DNA from: an uncultured Pseudomonadota bacterium
GTDB taxonomy: Bacteria > Oederibacteriota > Muellerivitia > Muellerivitales > Muellerivitaceae
Direction of reading: 5' to 3'
Length of the DNA stretch: 64,000 nt
NCBI GenBank assembly: GCA_963770835.1
Contig: CAVYRH010000026.1
Coordinates: 512,001-576,000 of the forward strand
Positions 29,425 to 38,973 of the stretch are shown here, one piece after another. The notes beneath the pieces were generated by a model. It did not search any database, was not told where the DNA came from, and saw only the letters and a list, made by a program, of their open reading frames with translations. Position 1 is the stretch's first letter. Every line of letters begins with the position of its first letter. Position numbers and translations under genes: made by a program.

Positions 29425-29847
29425 TTACCGGCCGGTGACCGGCTCCATGGATACCGGCGCAGGCGCGCATCCGAAGAACTGCTCCTGTTTGCGCATGCGT
29501 TGGTCCGATTGAGCCACCATTTCGTCATACTTTTTAGCCTGGTCGGCATTGAGGAGGGCTCGCAACTGGGAGCGGAAGGATTCCCGCAGAGCCTTGAATT
29601 TTTGTTCCCCTTCCTGGCGCAGGGCGTCCGCCTTGGGGAGTTCCTGCTTTAAGAGAAGGCCCACTTTGTCCTTTTGTTCGGCGGTAAAGGCCAGTTTGGA
29701 GTCCAGGTGCTTAAGGATCCTGTCGGCGTCGGCGGAGCCGGGGGGATGATGGGGATGGAAGCACAGGCGGAACGCCACACCGGTGGCCGCGACGCCCACC
29801 AAGAAACTAATGAGGATGAGAAAGGTTGTTTTAAGCCAGGGTTTCAT
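29425..29847 (-). CDS. Spy/CpxP-like periplasmic helical protein
   Basis: N-terminal TM, HPHHP, LAFTAEQKDKV and LLNADQAKKY (LTxxQ-like repeats). Confidence 0.7.
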   Translation of the reverse strand: MKPWLKTTFLILISFLVGVAATGVAFRLCFHPHHPPGSADADRILKHLDSKLAFTAEQKDKVGLLLKQELPKADALRQEGEQKFKALRESFRSQLRALLNADQAKKYDEMVAQSDQRMRKQEQFFGCAPAPVSMEPVTGR

Positions 29848-29859
29848 TTTCGTGCTCCC

Positions 29860-30312
29860 TTAAGGAACTATTTCTTCGGAGGAGTAAGAGGCCAGCATCA
29901 CCCCGTTGCCTGTGGAAGCGGGGTAAGTGGTTTCAGAGGAAAACGCCGCCTCCGCGCTATTGGAAGAAAGGTCGGTGGTATCGGGAAGCACTGAGAAAAA
30001 CACCCAGCCGGCCAAAGCGGCGGAACCCACCAGGGGCACCAGCCACCGGAGGGTTAGGTTCCAAACGGACTTTCCCGTTTCCAGGGAAGAAGACCGGACC
30101 CGGTCCATAACCTTGGCGACGAAGAAATCCTCGGAGGCTTCCGAATAAGTGTGGGGCGGGAACAGGCGGGCCGAGACGGCCTTCCATTGCGCGATGGCCT
30201 TTCGGCAGTCGGTGCATTGGGCCAAGTGGCCTTCCACCAGCTTCCTTTCCTTTTCAGTCAAGGGGCCGTCGTAGAGGGCGAACAATTTTTGTTGGATCAT
30301 TTCGTGTGTCAT
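29860..30312 (-). CDS. Anti-sigma factor (zf-HC2 zinc finger + TM)
   Basis: HLAQCTDC (HxxxCxxC), single TM, directly downstream of an ECF sigma factor. Confidence 0.85.
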   Translation of the reverse strand: MTHEMIQQKLFALYDGPLTEKERKLVEGHLAQCTDCRKAIAQWKAVSARLFPPHTYSEASEDFFVAKVMDRVRSSSLETGKSVWNLTLRWLVPLVGSAALAGWVFFSVLPDTTDLSSNSAEAAFSSETTYPASTGNGVMLASYSSEEIVP

Positions 30313-30316
30313 TTTC

Positions 30317-30913
30317 CTACTCTTCTTTATAGACGTCTTTTTCACTCAGGAAGTGTCGTAAATTCTCCTGTAGTTGCTTGCGGGCCCGTGAGAGGCGGCC
30401 CTTGACGGCGTCGAGTGAACAATCCAAGGTTTGGGCGATTTCCTGGTATTCCAGGCCGTCGGCTTCCCTCAAGGTGAGGATTATCCTGTAATCATCAGGC
30501 AGGGTGGAGAGAATTTTGCCTACCAAATCCCGGTTCTCCATTTGGGTAGCGGCTACGGGGGCGGAGGAAAAAAGTCGGTGAATTTGATCCCCTTCTTCCT
30601 CCACGAGGGCATCCAAGGAATAAGTCTTGCGCCGGGTCCTTTTCCGCAATACATCCAGGCAATGGTTGGTGGTAATGCGGTAAAGCCACGTGGAAAAGGT
30701 CGAATTGCCCTTGAACTTGGGCAGCGACCGGTAGGCCTTCACGAAAATATCCTGGGCCGCTTCTTCGGCCTCGGTATGGTTTTGGAGCATGGAAAGGCAA
30801 TAGCCGATGACCTTTTTGTGGTACTGGCGGACGAGGTCGGCGTAAAGTTCCTTTTGACCCGACTGGATTTGCTGGATGAGTTCTTGATCGCTGATGGTTC
30901 GCTCCGGCCTCAT
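30317..30913 (-). CDS. ECF RNA polymerase sigma factor
   Basis: AEEAAQDIFVKAY, FSTWLYRITTNHCLD, LEYQEIA, VKGRLSRARKQL. Confidence 0.94.
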   Translation of the reverse strand: MRPERTISDQELIQQIQSGQKELYADLVRQYHKKVIGYCLSMLQNHTEAEEAAQDIFVKAYRSLPKFKGNSTFSTWLYRITTNHCLDVLRKRTRRKTYSLDALVEEEGDQIHRLFSSAPVAATQMENRDLVGKILSTLPDDYRIILTLREADGLEYQEIAQTLDCSLDAVKGRLSRARKQLQENLRHFLSEKDVYKEE

Positions 30914-31214
30914 ACTATCTATTAGTTGCTTATTTTACCCTCATTTTCATTCGCTTTATAAATCGGGCTTCGCCCGATGAAGGTAATGAGGGTGATGCAG
31001 TTGTCCATATTGGGGCCAGAGGCCCCATCTTTATGTGGCTGCAACTGTATAGACGTTCCGAACCCCCTCAGGGTGTTTCAATGTGGAAATCCTTATTTCC
31101 AAAGGATTCGGGAGGGTGAAAAGCCGGGGGCACATCCCAAGAATGTCGCCCTGGACAGTTACCCCTTATATAATTAAGCGCCTTTGTGGAACGCCGGTTG
31201 AATGGAGGGTTTCC

Positions 31215-31382
31215 GTGCCGATTGTCTTGACCTCCCAAGAAAAGAAAGTTCTCGGCTTCATCGCCGTCATGGTCGTGTTGGGCCTGTTAGTGTTGGGAAC
31301 CAAAAGATTAACCACTCCGGAATCCAAACCAGGCGAAACTACGGTTTTTGCCGTACCGACAGCCGTGAATAAAGCTCCCTAA
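31215..31382 (+). CDS. Small membrane peptide resembling the N-terminal anchor of ComEA, without HhH domain
   Basis: GGAGG RBS with GTG; LTSQEKKVLGFIAVMVVLGLLVLG; 55 aa; first gene of the run ending in comEC. Confidence 0.5.
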   Translation: MPIVLTSQEKKVLGFIAVMVVLGLLVLGTKRLTTPESKPGETTVFAVPTAVNKAP

Positions 31383-31396
31383 CGAAAGGAAAGCCG

Positions 31397-33538
31397 GTGA
31401 CCCAAGCCCTATCCCTCGATGGAAAGTGGAGATTCACCAAGCTGGCCGAGTCCACCTTGGATAAGCGGTCCATCCCCTTAAAAACCCCTAAAAGCCGCGG
31501 GATCGATGTGCCGTCGAATTGGTACCTGCAAGGCGAGGACTTCGCCGGGGAAGCTTCATATGAAAGAGAGTTCAAAGCCCCCCATCTCAAAAAAGGCCAA
31601 GCCGCCTTCCTGCGGTTCAAAGGCGCGGATTACTTCCTCAAAGCCGAACTCAATGGCCGCCTTCTGGGAAACCATGAGGGCTATTTCCAAACTTTCGATT
31701 TCGCGGCCACGGCCGCCCTTCGCGATCAAAACCAATTAAAGGTCTGGGTGGAATCCCCCAAGGAAAACCGAAAAATCTGGCCCCATGACAAGCACCTCAT
31801 CAAGGGCATCTTCAACCACCATGACGCCCGGCCGGGGAGCTGGGACATCGAACACGGACAGGACCACAACAGCGGCGGCCTGTGGAACGGGGTTGAGCTT
31901 CTCCTCGTGGACCACGTTTTCTTGAAGCGCAAGCAGGTGGATTCAGTGCTTTTGAAGAACGGCCAGGCGGTGGTAAACCTGAAGCTTGTTCTTATCAACG
32001 TGGCCGAATCAGGCACCTACGATATCGAAGTGGATTTTAAAGGCGAGGGTTTCGCGGATCGAGCGAGGACCAAGAAGAACGTCCACCTTCAGCGCGGGCA
32101 GACCGAGGTTCATATCAGCCAAACCTTCAAGAACCCGCGCCTTTGGTGGACCTGGGACCAGGGAGAACCGAACCTGTACAAGGCGTCCATCGCTATCCAC
32201 CATTCGGAAACGGGCCATGTGGTGGAAAAGGGTGAAGTGCGTTTCGGCATCCGCGAAATCCAAATCACGCCCGAATGGAAGTTCATCTTGAACGGCCGGG
32301 TCTTCTTTCCCAGGGCCACGAACATCATTCCCACCCAGTGGCTTTCGGAGTACACGGCGGACAAGGCGAAGCGGGACGTCAAAATGATGAAGGACGCCAA
32401 CCTGAACGGCGTGAGGGTGCACGCCCACGTGAACCGCGAGGAATTTTATTCCGCCTGCGATGAGGCCGGTTTGTTCGTCTGGCAGGACTTCGCCCTGCAA
32501 TGGAGCTACGAAGCCACCGACGCCTTCACCCGCAATGCCTGCCGCCAGGTCAAGGACATGGTGAAGCTGCTTTACAACCACCCCTCCATCATCGTGTGGT
32601 GCTGCCATAACGAGCCGTCCCATAACCGGGAGGTGCTGGACCCGGTTTTGGCGCGGGCCGTCAAGGAAGAGGATGACAGCCGTTTCGTGGACACCGCCAG
32701 CGATTTCCGTTATCACCCCTACCCGGGCTGGTACTGGGAAGACTCGGTGATCAAGGACGCTTTCGGCGCCATCGGCGGGCCGGAAACGAGCTTTTTCTCC
32801 GAATTCGGCGCCCAGGCCCTGCCTGGTTTGGAGTCGCTGAAAAAAACATTCACGAAGAAGGAGTTGTGGCCGCCCGATTGGAAGGCATGGGCCCTGCACG
32901 ACTTCCAGTACCACCAGACCTTCAACATCGCCCGGGTCGAAATGGGGAAATCGCTCCCGGAGTTCGTGGATAACAGCCAAAAATACCAAGCACACCTATT
33001 GAAGGAATATATCCAGAGTTTCCGCCTGAAAAAGTACAGGCCTTTGAACGGCTATTTCCAGTTCATGTTCGTGGACTGCTGGCCTTCCATAACTTGGAGC
33101 GTGGTGGATTATTTCCGCAAGCCCAAGGAGGGCTACTTCGCCCTTCAAACCGCCTCCCAGCCCCTTTTACCCATCTGGCGCATCCAAACGACCCAGTACA
33201 ACCGCGGGGATGTCCTGAACTGGGGGAGCTCCTTCCTCATCGGCCTGCAGATGATCAACGACTACCCCTATGCCCTCAAAGGTTTGAAGGTGGAGGCGCG
33301 GGTCGTGAACCCAAGGGGAAAAGTGCTTTTCCACGAGGCCCGTACCTGTGGCGTCCCGGCCGATTCCGTCACCCAGCCCTTTGCCGTTCAGGAACGTTTC
33401 AACCATACGAAGGGATTCACCATCCCGGAGAAGGGCCTCTATGGAACCTACCGGGTTCAATTGAAGGTCTGGGATAAGAAGGGGAAACAAATCGCTCGAA
33501 ACTGGCAGGACTTTGAAGTCGTGCAGAAAAAGGGATAG
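31397..33538 (+). CDS. Glycoside hydrolase family 2 (beta-mannosidase/beta-galactosidase-like), no signal peptide
   Basis: SLDGKWRF, HEGYFQ, PRLWWTWDQGEPNLY, RFGIREI, VWQDF, NHPSIIVWCCHNEP (acid/base), FSEFGAQ (nucleophile). Confidence 0.9.
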   Translation: MTQALSLDGKWRFTKLAESTLDKRSIPLKTPKSRGIDVPSNWYLQGEDFAGEASYEREFKAPHLKKGQAAFLRFKGADYFLKAELNGRLLGNHEGYFQTFDFAATAALRDQNQLKVWVESPKENRKIWPHDKHLIKGIFNHHDARPGSWDIEHGQDHNSGGLWNGVELLLVDHVFLKRKQVDSVLLKNGQAVVNLKLVLINVAESGTYDIEVDFKGEGFADRARTKKNVHLQRGQTEVHISQTFKNPRLWWTWDQGEPNLYKASIAIHHSETGHVVEKGEVRFGIREIQITPEWKFILNGRVFFPRATNIIPTQWLSEYTADKAKRDVKMMKDANLNGVRVHAHVNREEFYSACDEAGLFVWQDFALQWSYEATDAFTRNACRQVKDMVKLLYNHPSIIVWCCHNEPSHNREVLDPVLARAVKEEDDSRFVDTASDFRYHPYPGWYWEDSVIKDAFGAIGGPETSFFSEFGAQALPGLESLKKTFTKKELWPPDWKAWALHDFQYHQTFNIARVEMGKSLPEFVDNSQKYQAHLLKEYIQSFRLKKYRPLNGYFQFMFVDCWPSITWSVVDYFRKPKEGYFALQTASQPLLPIWRIQTTQYNRGDVLNWGSSFLIGLQMINDYPYALKGLKVEARVVNPRGKVLFHEARTCGVPADSVTQPFAVQERFNHTKGFTIPEKGLYGTYRVQLKVWDKKGKQIARNWQDFEVVQKKG

Positions 33539-33545
33539 GGAAAAC

Positions 33546-34970
33546 ATGAACCGCCAAGACGCCAAGGTGCCAAGCGAAAATATCAAAAGAAAAGCCGTCT
33601 ATTCCGGAATTTTTACTTTTCTTGGAACAACGAAATCTTGGCGGTGGATTGTGGTCTTTCTGTTGGCGACCGGGCTGGCTTTCGCCGCGGGAGTGAAGGT
33701 GCTCAAGGACGTCCCGTCGACTTATGTTTATCCCGCCGAGGGGTTCCTGCCCTTCAACCTGCACCGGGGCACTCAGACCATGCTATCCCTCATGCTGCCC
33801 GGATGCAGTTTCGACGATCCCCAGGGCGTAGCCTGCGCGCTTCTGAAAGCCGACCACGATCCCAAGTCGCCCCAGAACGACGTGGTAGTGACGGTCATTG
33901 GGGTTAATTCCGGTGCAGGGGAGATTGTCTTTAACGTCAGCCTGAAGGACATCCGCCGTTTCGGATCCCCGGGCCAGGGCGACGGGCAGTTCTTCCATCC
34001 CATGGGCGCAGCCATCGACCCGGACGGGGATGTGGCCATCGCGGATACCGGCAACAATCGTATCGCCCTCCTGCACCACAGTGGTTTTAGGCTCACCTGG
34101 GTAAAGGCCGTGGGCCGGATGGGGAGCCGCCTGGGCCAGTTCAACGCGCCCAGGGGGGTGGCCTATGATTCCCAAGGAAACCTTTATATCGCGGATACGG
34201 GCAACAACCGCATCCAGGTCATGGACCATAAGGGCCGGTTCCACTTATTGAACACGGTTCACCTGGAGGAGCCCTCGGCTATCGCGGCGATCGACGCCCA
34301 TGAAGCCTGGACTTTTTACCAGCAGGGCCCTTACGCCAACCGGCTGGCCGTCATCGACCAAAAGGGTACGAGGCTCATCACCCTGACCCTGGAGGGGCAG
34401 CCCCTGGCCGGGATCTCAACCTACCAGGTTCCCGACCCGCCAATGCAGTTGTGGGGCTGTGCCTTCGATTACTACGGCAACGTCGTTGCCACGGATTTCG
34501 GGAAATCCTGCCTGCGCAAGTTCGACAAGGACCTCAAGTATGTGGTGAGCTTCGGGGATCCGGGAACCGACGATTTCCAATTCACCGAGCCTCGCGGCAT
34601 CGCCATCCAAAACCAGTTCGGGCAAGTCATGATCGCGGAAAAGGACAGCGTCCAATATTTTTGGAACGGGGCTGACGCCGTCAACCTGAAAGTGAATCCG
34701 GCGCCGCCCCCGGCGAAAGGCTTCCACGCCTCCTTTTTCCTGACCGAAAGGGCCCTGGTCAGCGCGGATATCCTGAACGAGGCGGGGAATCCCGTTACCT
34801 CATTGGCCCAAAACAAGGACATGGAACAGGGCCCCGAGGCGCTCGATTGGACGCTCGCCCCCCCGGTACAGGGCGGCACCTATACCCTGAAGATGGAAGT
34901 GATGGCCACCTACTCCTCCCGCGACCGCATCGAGAAGGAAATCAGCCAGCCCGTCACTTACATGAAATAG
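33546..34970 (+). CDS. Exported NHL-repeat (beta-propeller) protein with C-terminal Ig-like domain
   Basis: Repeats GQFFHPMGAAI/IADTGNNRI, GQFNAPRGVAY/IADTGNNRI, QFTEPRGIAI. Confidence 0.85.
   Translation: MNRQDAKVPSENIKRKAVYSGIFTFLGTTKSWRWIVVFLLATGLAFAAGVKVLKDVPSTYVYPAEGFLPFNLHRGTQTMLSLMLPGCSFDDPQGVACALLKADHDPKSPQNDVVVTVIGVNSGAGEIVFNVSLKDIRRFGSPGQGDGQFFHPMGAAIDPDGDVAIADTGNNRIALLHHSGFRLTWVKAVGRMGSRLGQFNAPRGVAYDSQGNLYIADTGNNRIQVMDHKGRFHLLNTVHLEEPSAIAAIDAHEAWTFYQQGPYANRLAVIDQKGTRLITLTLEGQPLAGISTYQVPDPPMQLWGCAFDYYGNVVATDFGKSCLRKFDKDLKYVVSFGDPGTDDFQFTEPRGIAIQNQFGQVMIAEKDSVQYFWNGADAVNLKVNPAPPPAKGFHASFFLTERALVSADILNEAGNPVTSLAQNKDMEQGPEALDWTLAPPVQGGTYTLKMEVMATYSSRDRIEKEISQPVTYMK
33549..33645. repeat. 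8-nt-period inverted-repeat element inside the NHL gene 5' end
   Basis: AACCGCCAAGACGCCAAGGTGCCAAG (33549-33574) and CTTGG...TCTTGGCGGT (33621-33645). Confidence 0.6.
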
Positions 34971-34974
34971 GGCC

Positions 34975-35496
34975 ATGAAATTTTCAAAATTCCAAAAAAT
35001 ACTTATTCTTCTATTTTTACTCGCTTCCGTCCTCTGCTTTGTCGGTCTTATCATCCGGGAAAAACAAGCGACACACTCCCAGCCGCCCCTTCCGGAGGTG
35101 GATTACTTCCAGGCCAAAGCCCTCTGCGACATCGTCGCCAATGACCTGATCCGGAAGGATGCGAAGGACCTGTTCAGCCGCTTGGATATTGGGTTCCGTA
35201 CGATCGTGAGGGGTCCGGAGGATCTTCAAAAAGTCGTGGAACAGATGTACGGCCTTTACGGCCGACCCCAGAAATGCGATTACAAGGTCGCGCAATCCGG
35301 AGTCCGCACCGACGGTACCTGGCAGAGGTCCAGCCAGACCTTTTTCTACGCCGTCCAGACAACAAAGTACCCCATGGGAAAATATTTCCTGAAGATCGAG
35401 ATCGTGACGGCCTTCAGTGGCGGCACCATCGACGTTTCGGGATTCGGTTTTTTCACTTTTGACAAAGGCGCTACCGTACCGGATTACCTGCGGTAA
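34975..35496 (+). CDS. Hypothetical membrane-anchored protein
   Basis: N-terminal TM, 173 aa, tightly spaced in the operon. Confidence 0.7.
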   Translation: MKFSKFQKILILLFLLASVLCFVGLIIREKQATHSQPPLPEVDYFQAKALCDIVANDLIRKDAKDLFSRLDIGFRTIVRGPEDLQKVVEQMYGLYGRPQKCDYKVAQSGVRTDGTWQRSSQTFFYAVQTTKYPMGKYFLKIEIVTAFSGGTIDVSGFGFFTFDKGATVPDYLR

Positions 35497-35538
35497 ATTC
35501 CCCAAAAAATAACGAAGCGCTATTGAGGAAAGTCCTTC

Positions 35539-37923
35539 ATGAACCGGTGGCTTAAATCGCCCGTCCTTTTCTTGTTTCTCGCGCTGGTACTGGGTCTGCG
35601 TTATTGGCAGGCCGAACAATCCTTTGAAACGCAAACCGAGATCTTTGGTCCGGCGCAGAAAGGCTTTTTTAAAGTTCGGATCTCAGAGGAACCAGAAGTC
35701 CTATTTGAGCGCCTTCCCGGCAGCCATGATACCGGGCGGCTGGGAGGCTTTTACCAGCCCTCCGTCAAGGAAGTGCGCGCGGTCTGCACGCTTATTTCCG
35801 GCGACGGCCGGGTTGTCCCTCCGGTCCAGGTCCGTTGCGCTTTCCGGCTCTCTCCTGATGATCCCCAGCCGGCCCTTTCCTATGATAGCGTGGTGGAAGT
35901 CGAAGGCAAGATCCAAACGCCGGCCCCCGCCATGAATCCGGGCCAGTTCGATTACGCCCACTACCTAAAGACGAAGGGCGTAGCCTATGTGATGTACGCT
36001 TCCCCGGGGAAATGGAGGCAGGCCGGACAAACCGGGACGGCCGACCGCGACCGGCAAGGCTGGTTTTTCCTGCGCTGGGCCTGCGGGCTCAAACGCGCCG
36101 CGGAGGACACCCTCTACCGTTACCTGCCCTTTCCCGAGAACGCGCTTTTGGACGGCATCCTTTTGGGCGAGCGCTCGCCCCTGCCGGACGAGATCGTGCA
36201 GTCCTTCTTCCTCACGGGAACCATCCATATCTTGGCCGTTTCCGGCATGATTACGGCCTTCATCGCGGGGCTTTTTTTCACGGTTTTCCGGGCCCTCCAG
36301 CTCAACCGGAAATGGGCGGCGGGTCTGACCCTGTTGGCGTTGGTCTTTTTTATTTTCATGACTGGGGCCCACCCGCCCGTGTGCCGGGCCGGGCTCTTTT
36401 CCACCCTGGCGCTTTTGGCGCTTCTCTTCGAAAGGCGTATTCATGGCGGGGTACTGCTTCTCACCACGGCGGTCATCCTTATCGCTTTTAATCCCTTCGT
36501 ACTGGAGGACCTCTCCTTCCAGATTTCCTTCCTGGCCACCGCCGGGCTTATGGTGATGGCCCCCTGGATGATGGAAAAACTTTCCTTCCTGTGGCGGCCC
36601 GCCGCGCTGCTCGTGACCGCCACGACGGCGGCCCAACTGGCGGTGTGGTGCCTCATCCTCTACGACTTCAACCAATTGTCGGTTTATTCCATCCTCTCCA
36701 ACCTTCTTATTGTGCCGCTGGCCCTCTTCTCGACGGCGGGCGGGCTGACCTTGTTGGCGGGCGCGGCGGTTCATCCTGCCTTGGGAACCCTATTGGGGGC
36801 GGCTTGTGAGGCGCCGCTGAAGCTTCTGATCCTGTTGTCGGACAGCCTCGCAAAACTGCCGCAGGCCGAATGGATCGTGGCCTCACCGCCTTTATTTTGG
36901 GTGGCAGCTTTCCATGCCCTGCTCTTGGTTTCGTTCTATTGGTTTTGGCCCCATCCACAGCCAGAAAAACCGTCGGAAAATTGGAAGCGGTGGAAAGAAA
37001 GGGCCTTGAACGGACGGCGCTGGACGGTCCGGACCTGGGTTCTTTTCCTATTGGCAACAGGAGTTTTTTGGGGAATTTCGGCTTTAGGTTCCCAATCCCT
37101 TCGGGTCACCTTCCTGGACGTGGGCCATGGCAACGCCGTGGTGTTGCGGTCGCCTCAGGGCCGGGTATTGGTGGTGGACGGGGGAAAAGAAACTCACGGC
37201 CCGGACCGTTACAGCCTGGTGGTGTCCTACCTCCGACACGTGGGAGTCCAAAGGGTGGATGGCGTTTTCGACACCCACCCGGATGAGGATCACGTGGGGG
37301 GCTTGGTGAACGTGATGGGGGTCTATCCGGTGGCGGCAGCTTATGAGGGCGACCAGGCCCAATCGGACAGCCAAATCTACCAGGCGTTCAAAGAAGCCAT
37401 TGAAGAGCACCATGTACGGCTTCAACCGCTCCAGGAGGGTGACGTCCTGACGGAACTTCAACCGGCCCAAATCAAAATCCTTCACCCGCCAGACAGCTAC
37501 ATACCCCGCTTGCACGCGGACAATAATCGGTCGCTTGTTTCGTTGGTTTCTCTTGGAGGGTTCAACTTAATCCTGCCCGGGGACTTGGAAAAGGATGGGA
37601 TATTGAAGCTCCTCAAGGACAACCAGCCCTTTCCCCGGGTGGATTGGCTCATGGCGCCCCACCACGGCCGCTTGAGCGGGGAACCGTTTCTTTGTGCCGA
37701 AGGATTCAAGCCCCGGTTTGTGGTCCTAAGCGACTGGCGGGATTACCCGGACGACCACGCCGATTTCCAGTCGGTGGTTCCCAACGCGGTTGTGTTATCC
37801 ACTGCCGAGGAAGGGGCCATTGAGGTTGAGATCACGTCCAATGGCCAAGGGCAGTACCGTACTTATAGAAATAAGGAGTGGAAAAGCTTTAGTGGGCAGT
37901 CGACAGTCGACGGTCTACAGTAA
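35539..37923 (+). CDS. comEC: DNA internalization competence protein ComEC/Rec2
   Basis: MNPGQFDY, GTIHILAVSG, SFQISF, then MBL domain FLDVGHGNA, THPDEDHVGG, PGDLE, APHHG. Confidence 0.93.
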   Translation: MNRWLKSPVLFLFLALVLGLRYWQAEQSFETQTEIFGPAQKGFFKVRISEEPEVLFERLPGSHDTGRLGGFYQPSVKEVRAVCTLISGDGRVVPPVQVRCAFRLSPDDPQPALSYDSVVEVEGKIQTPAPAMNPGQFDYAHYLKTKGVAYVMYASPGKWRQAGQTGTADRDRQGWFFLRWACGLKRAAEDTLYRYLPFPENALLDGILLGERSPLPDEIVQSFFLTGTIHILAVSGMITAFIAGLFFTVFRALQLNRKWAAGLTLLALVFFIFMTGAHPPVCRAGLFSTLALLALLFERRIHGGVLLLTTAVILIAFNPFVLEDLSFQISFLATAGLMVMAPWMMEKLSFLWRPAALLVTATTAAQLAVWCLILYDFNQLSVYSILSNLLIVPLALFSTAGGLTLLAGAAVHPALGTLLGAACEAPLKLLILLSDSLAKLPQAEWIVASPPLFWVAAFHALLLVSFYWFWPHPQPEKPSENWKRWKERALNGRRWTVRTWVLFLLATGVFWGISALGSQSLRVTFLDVGHGNAVVLRSPQGRVLVVDGGKETHGPDRYSLVVSYLRHVGVQRVDGVFDTHPDEDHVGGLVNVMGVYPVAAAYEGDQAQSDSQIYQAFKEAIEEHHVRLQPLQEGDVLTELQPAQIKILHPPDSYIPRLHADNNRSLVSLVSLGGFNLILPGDLEKDGILKLLKDNQPFPRVDWLMAPHHGRLSGEPFLCAEGFKPRFVVLSDWRDYPDDHADFQSVVPNAVVLSTAEEGAIEVEITSNGQGQYRTYRNKEWKSFSGQSTVDGLQ

Positions 37924-37974
37924 AGACCGCCGGGAAGTCTTTACTGCCGGCTGCGGACTGTCGACTGTGAGCTG
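37891..37974. repeat. 7-nt-period (CAGTCGA) inverted-repeat element at the comEC 3' end
   Basis: CAGTCGACAGTCGACGGTCTACAGTAAAGAC versus GTCTTTACTG...GGACTGTCGACTG; perfect 10-bp inner stem 37918-37927/37937-37946. Confidence 0.6.
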
Positions 37975-38023
37975 TCGTTACGTCGGAAGTTTTACAGGGC
38001 TGTGTTAATTCGTTTACCAGTCG

Positions 38024-38053
38024 TTGACTTTGCCCTAAAAAAAGCCATATAAT
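38024..38053 (+). promoter_or_regulatory. sigma70-like promoter of the HU/IHF gene (probably leaderless)
   Basis: TTGACT(38024)-18 nt-TATAAT(38048); ATG 7 nt later with no RBS. Confidence 0.6.
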
Positions 38054-38060
38054 TTAATAC

Positions 38061-38420
38061 ATGAAGGTGGTCCTACAAGATATTGTGCGCGAAGTTTCAA
38101 AGGCCACTAAACTTGCCCTGCCTGACGCGCAGGTAGTTGTCCGCAGGCTCCTTTCCACGCTGGAACAAGGGATTTTAAGCGGACAACACATTGAAATAAG
38201 GGGTTTTGGGGTCTTCCAAACCAAGACCGTTCAGGGTAAAAAGGGCCGCGACATGGCCCGGAACCTTTCTATATCCATCCCCGCCTACAAAAAGGTTTCC
38301 TTCAAAGCTGGCAAGCATTGGAAAAGACGTTCCTGGACCGGATTGGAAGACCCCCAACCGGTAACGGCGCCCAATGGGCAATTGGAAATGCCGATTATGC
38401 TGGAAGCTGTTAACCGGTAA
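38061..38420 (+). CDS. HU/IHF family DNA-binding protein
   Basis: IEIRGFGVF, KKGRD, IPAYKKVSFKAGK; C-terminal extension. Confidence 0.88.
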   Translation: MKVVLQDIVREVSKATKLALPDAQVVVRRLLSTLEQGILSGQHIEIRGFGVFQTKTVQGKKGRDMARNLSISIPAYKKVSFKAGKHWKRRSWTGLEDPQPVTAPNGQLEMPIMLEAVNR

Positions 38421-38469
38421 AGTGATTTAGTTATTTTTGTTCAGCAAAAATAACCAAGGAGGTTAGTGG

Positions 38470-38973
38470 ATGTCCACCACGGTTCATTACTTCGGAAAAA
38501 TCAAAAGCTCCGAAGCCATCCGGGAAATTCAAGAGGAGTTTCGTGAGATCGCCCAGGTCAGCGGCTGGTCGCACGAGATGGTGGACCATGTCTTCACCCA
38601 GGAGGGTGAAATGCCGGCGACCCGGTTGACCCTGCGGGGCATCCGCATCACCTTGAACAAAACCACCAGCCCTCTCCAGTTGACCTTCGATAAGGACGGT
38701 TACCTGTCCCACATCTATTATGAAAAGGCCCCGGCCGACCTCATGAGCCCCTTGCCCCAGGGCAAGGCGACCCGCCAAGTCTTGCACCAGGTCCACACCA
38801 GCACAGGCGCCCGTGCTGGCGACTCCGCCACCCATATCACGGTCGTGAAGCTTTTGGACTACGTCAAGAAGCGCTATGTCCCCAACCTGGAAGTCATCGA
38901 CAACACCGGCTATTGGTACTCGCGGGACGAATCGGTCCTCGCGCCCAAAAAGCTCGAACTGGCGAAGAAATAG
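38470..38973 (+). CDS. Hypothetical protein
   Basis: AAGGAGG RBS; TVHYFG N-terminus and HITVVKLLDYVKKRY...LEVIDNTGYW C-terminus look family-like. Confidence 0.75.
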   Translation: MSTTVHYFGKIKSSEAIREIQEEFREIAQVSGWSHEMVDHVFTQEGEMPATRLTLRGIRITLNKTTSPLQLTFDKDGYLSHIYYEKAPADLMSPLPQGKATRQVLHQVHTSTGARAGDSATHITVVKLLDYVKKRYVPNLEVIDNTGYWYSRDESVLAPKKLELAKK

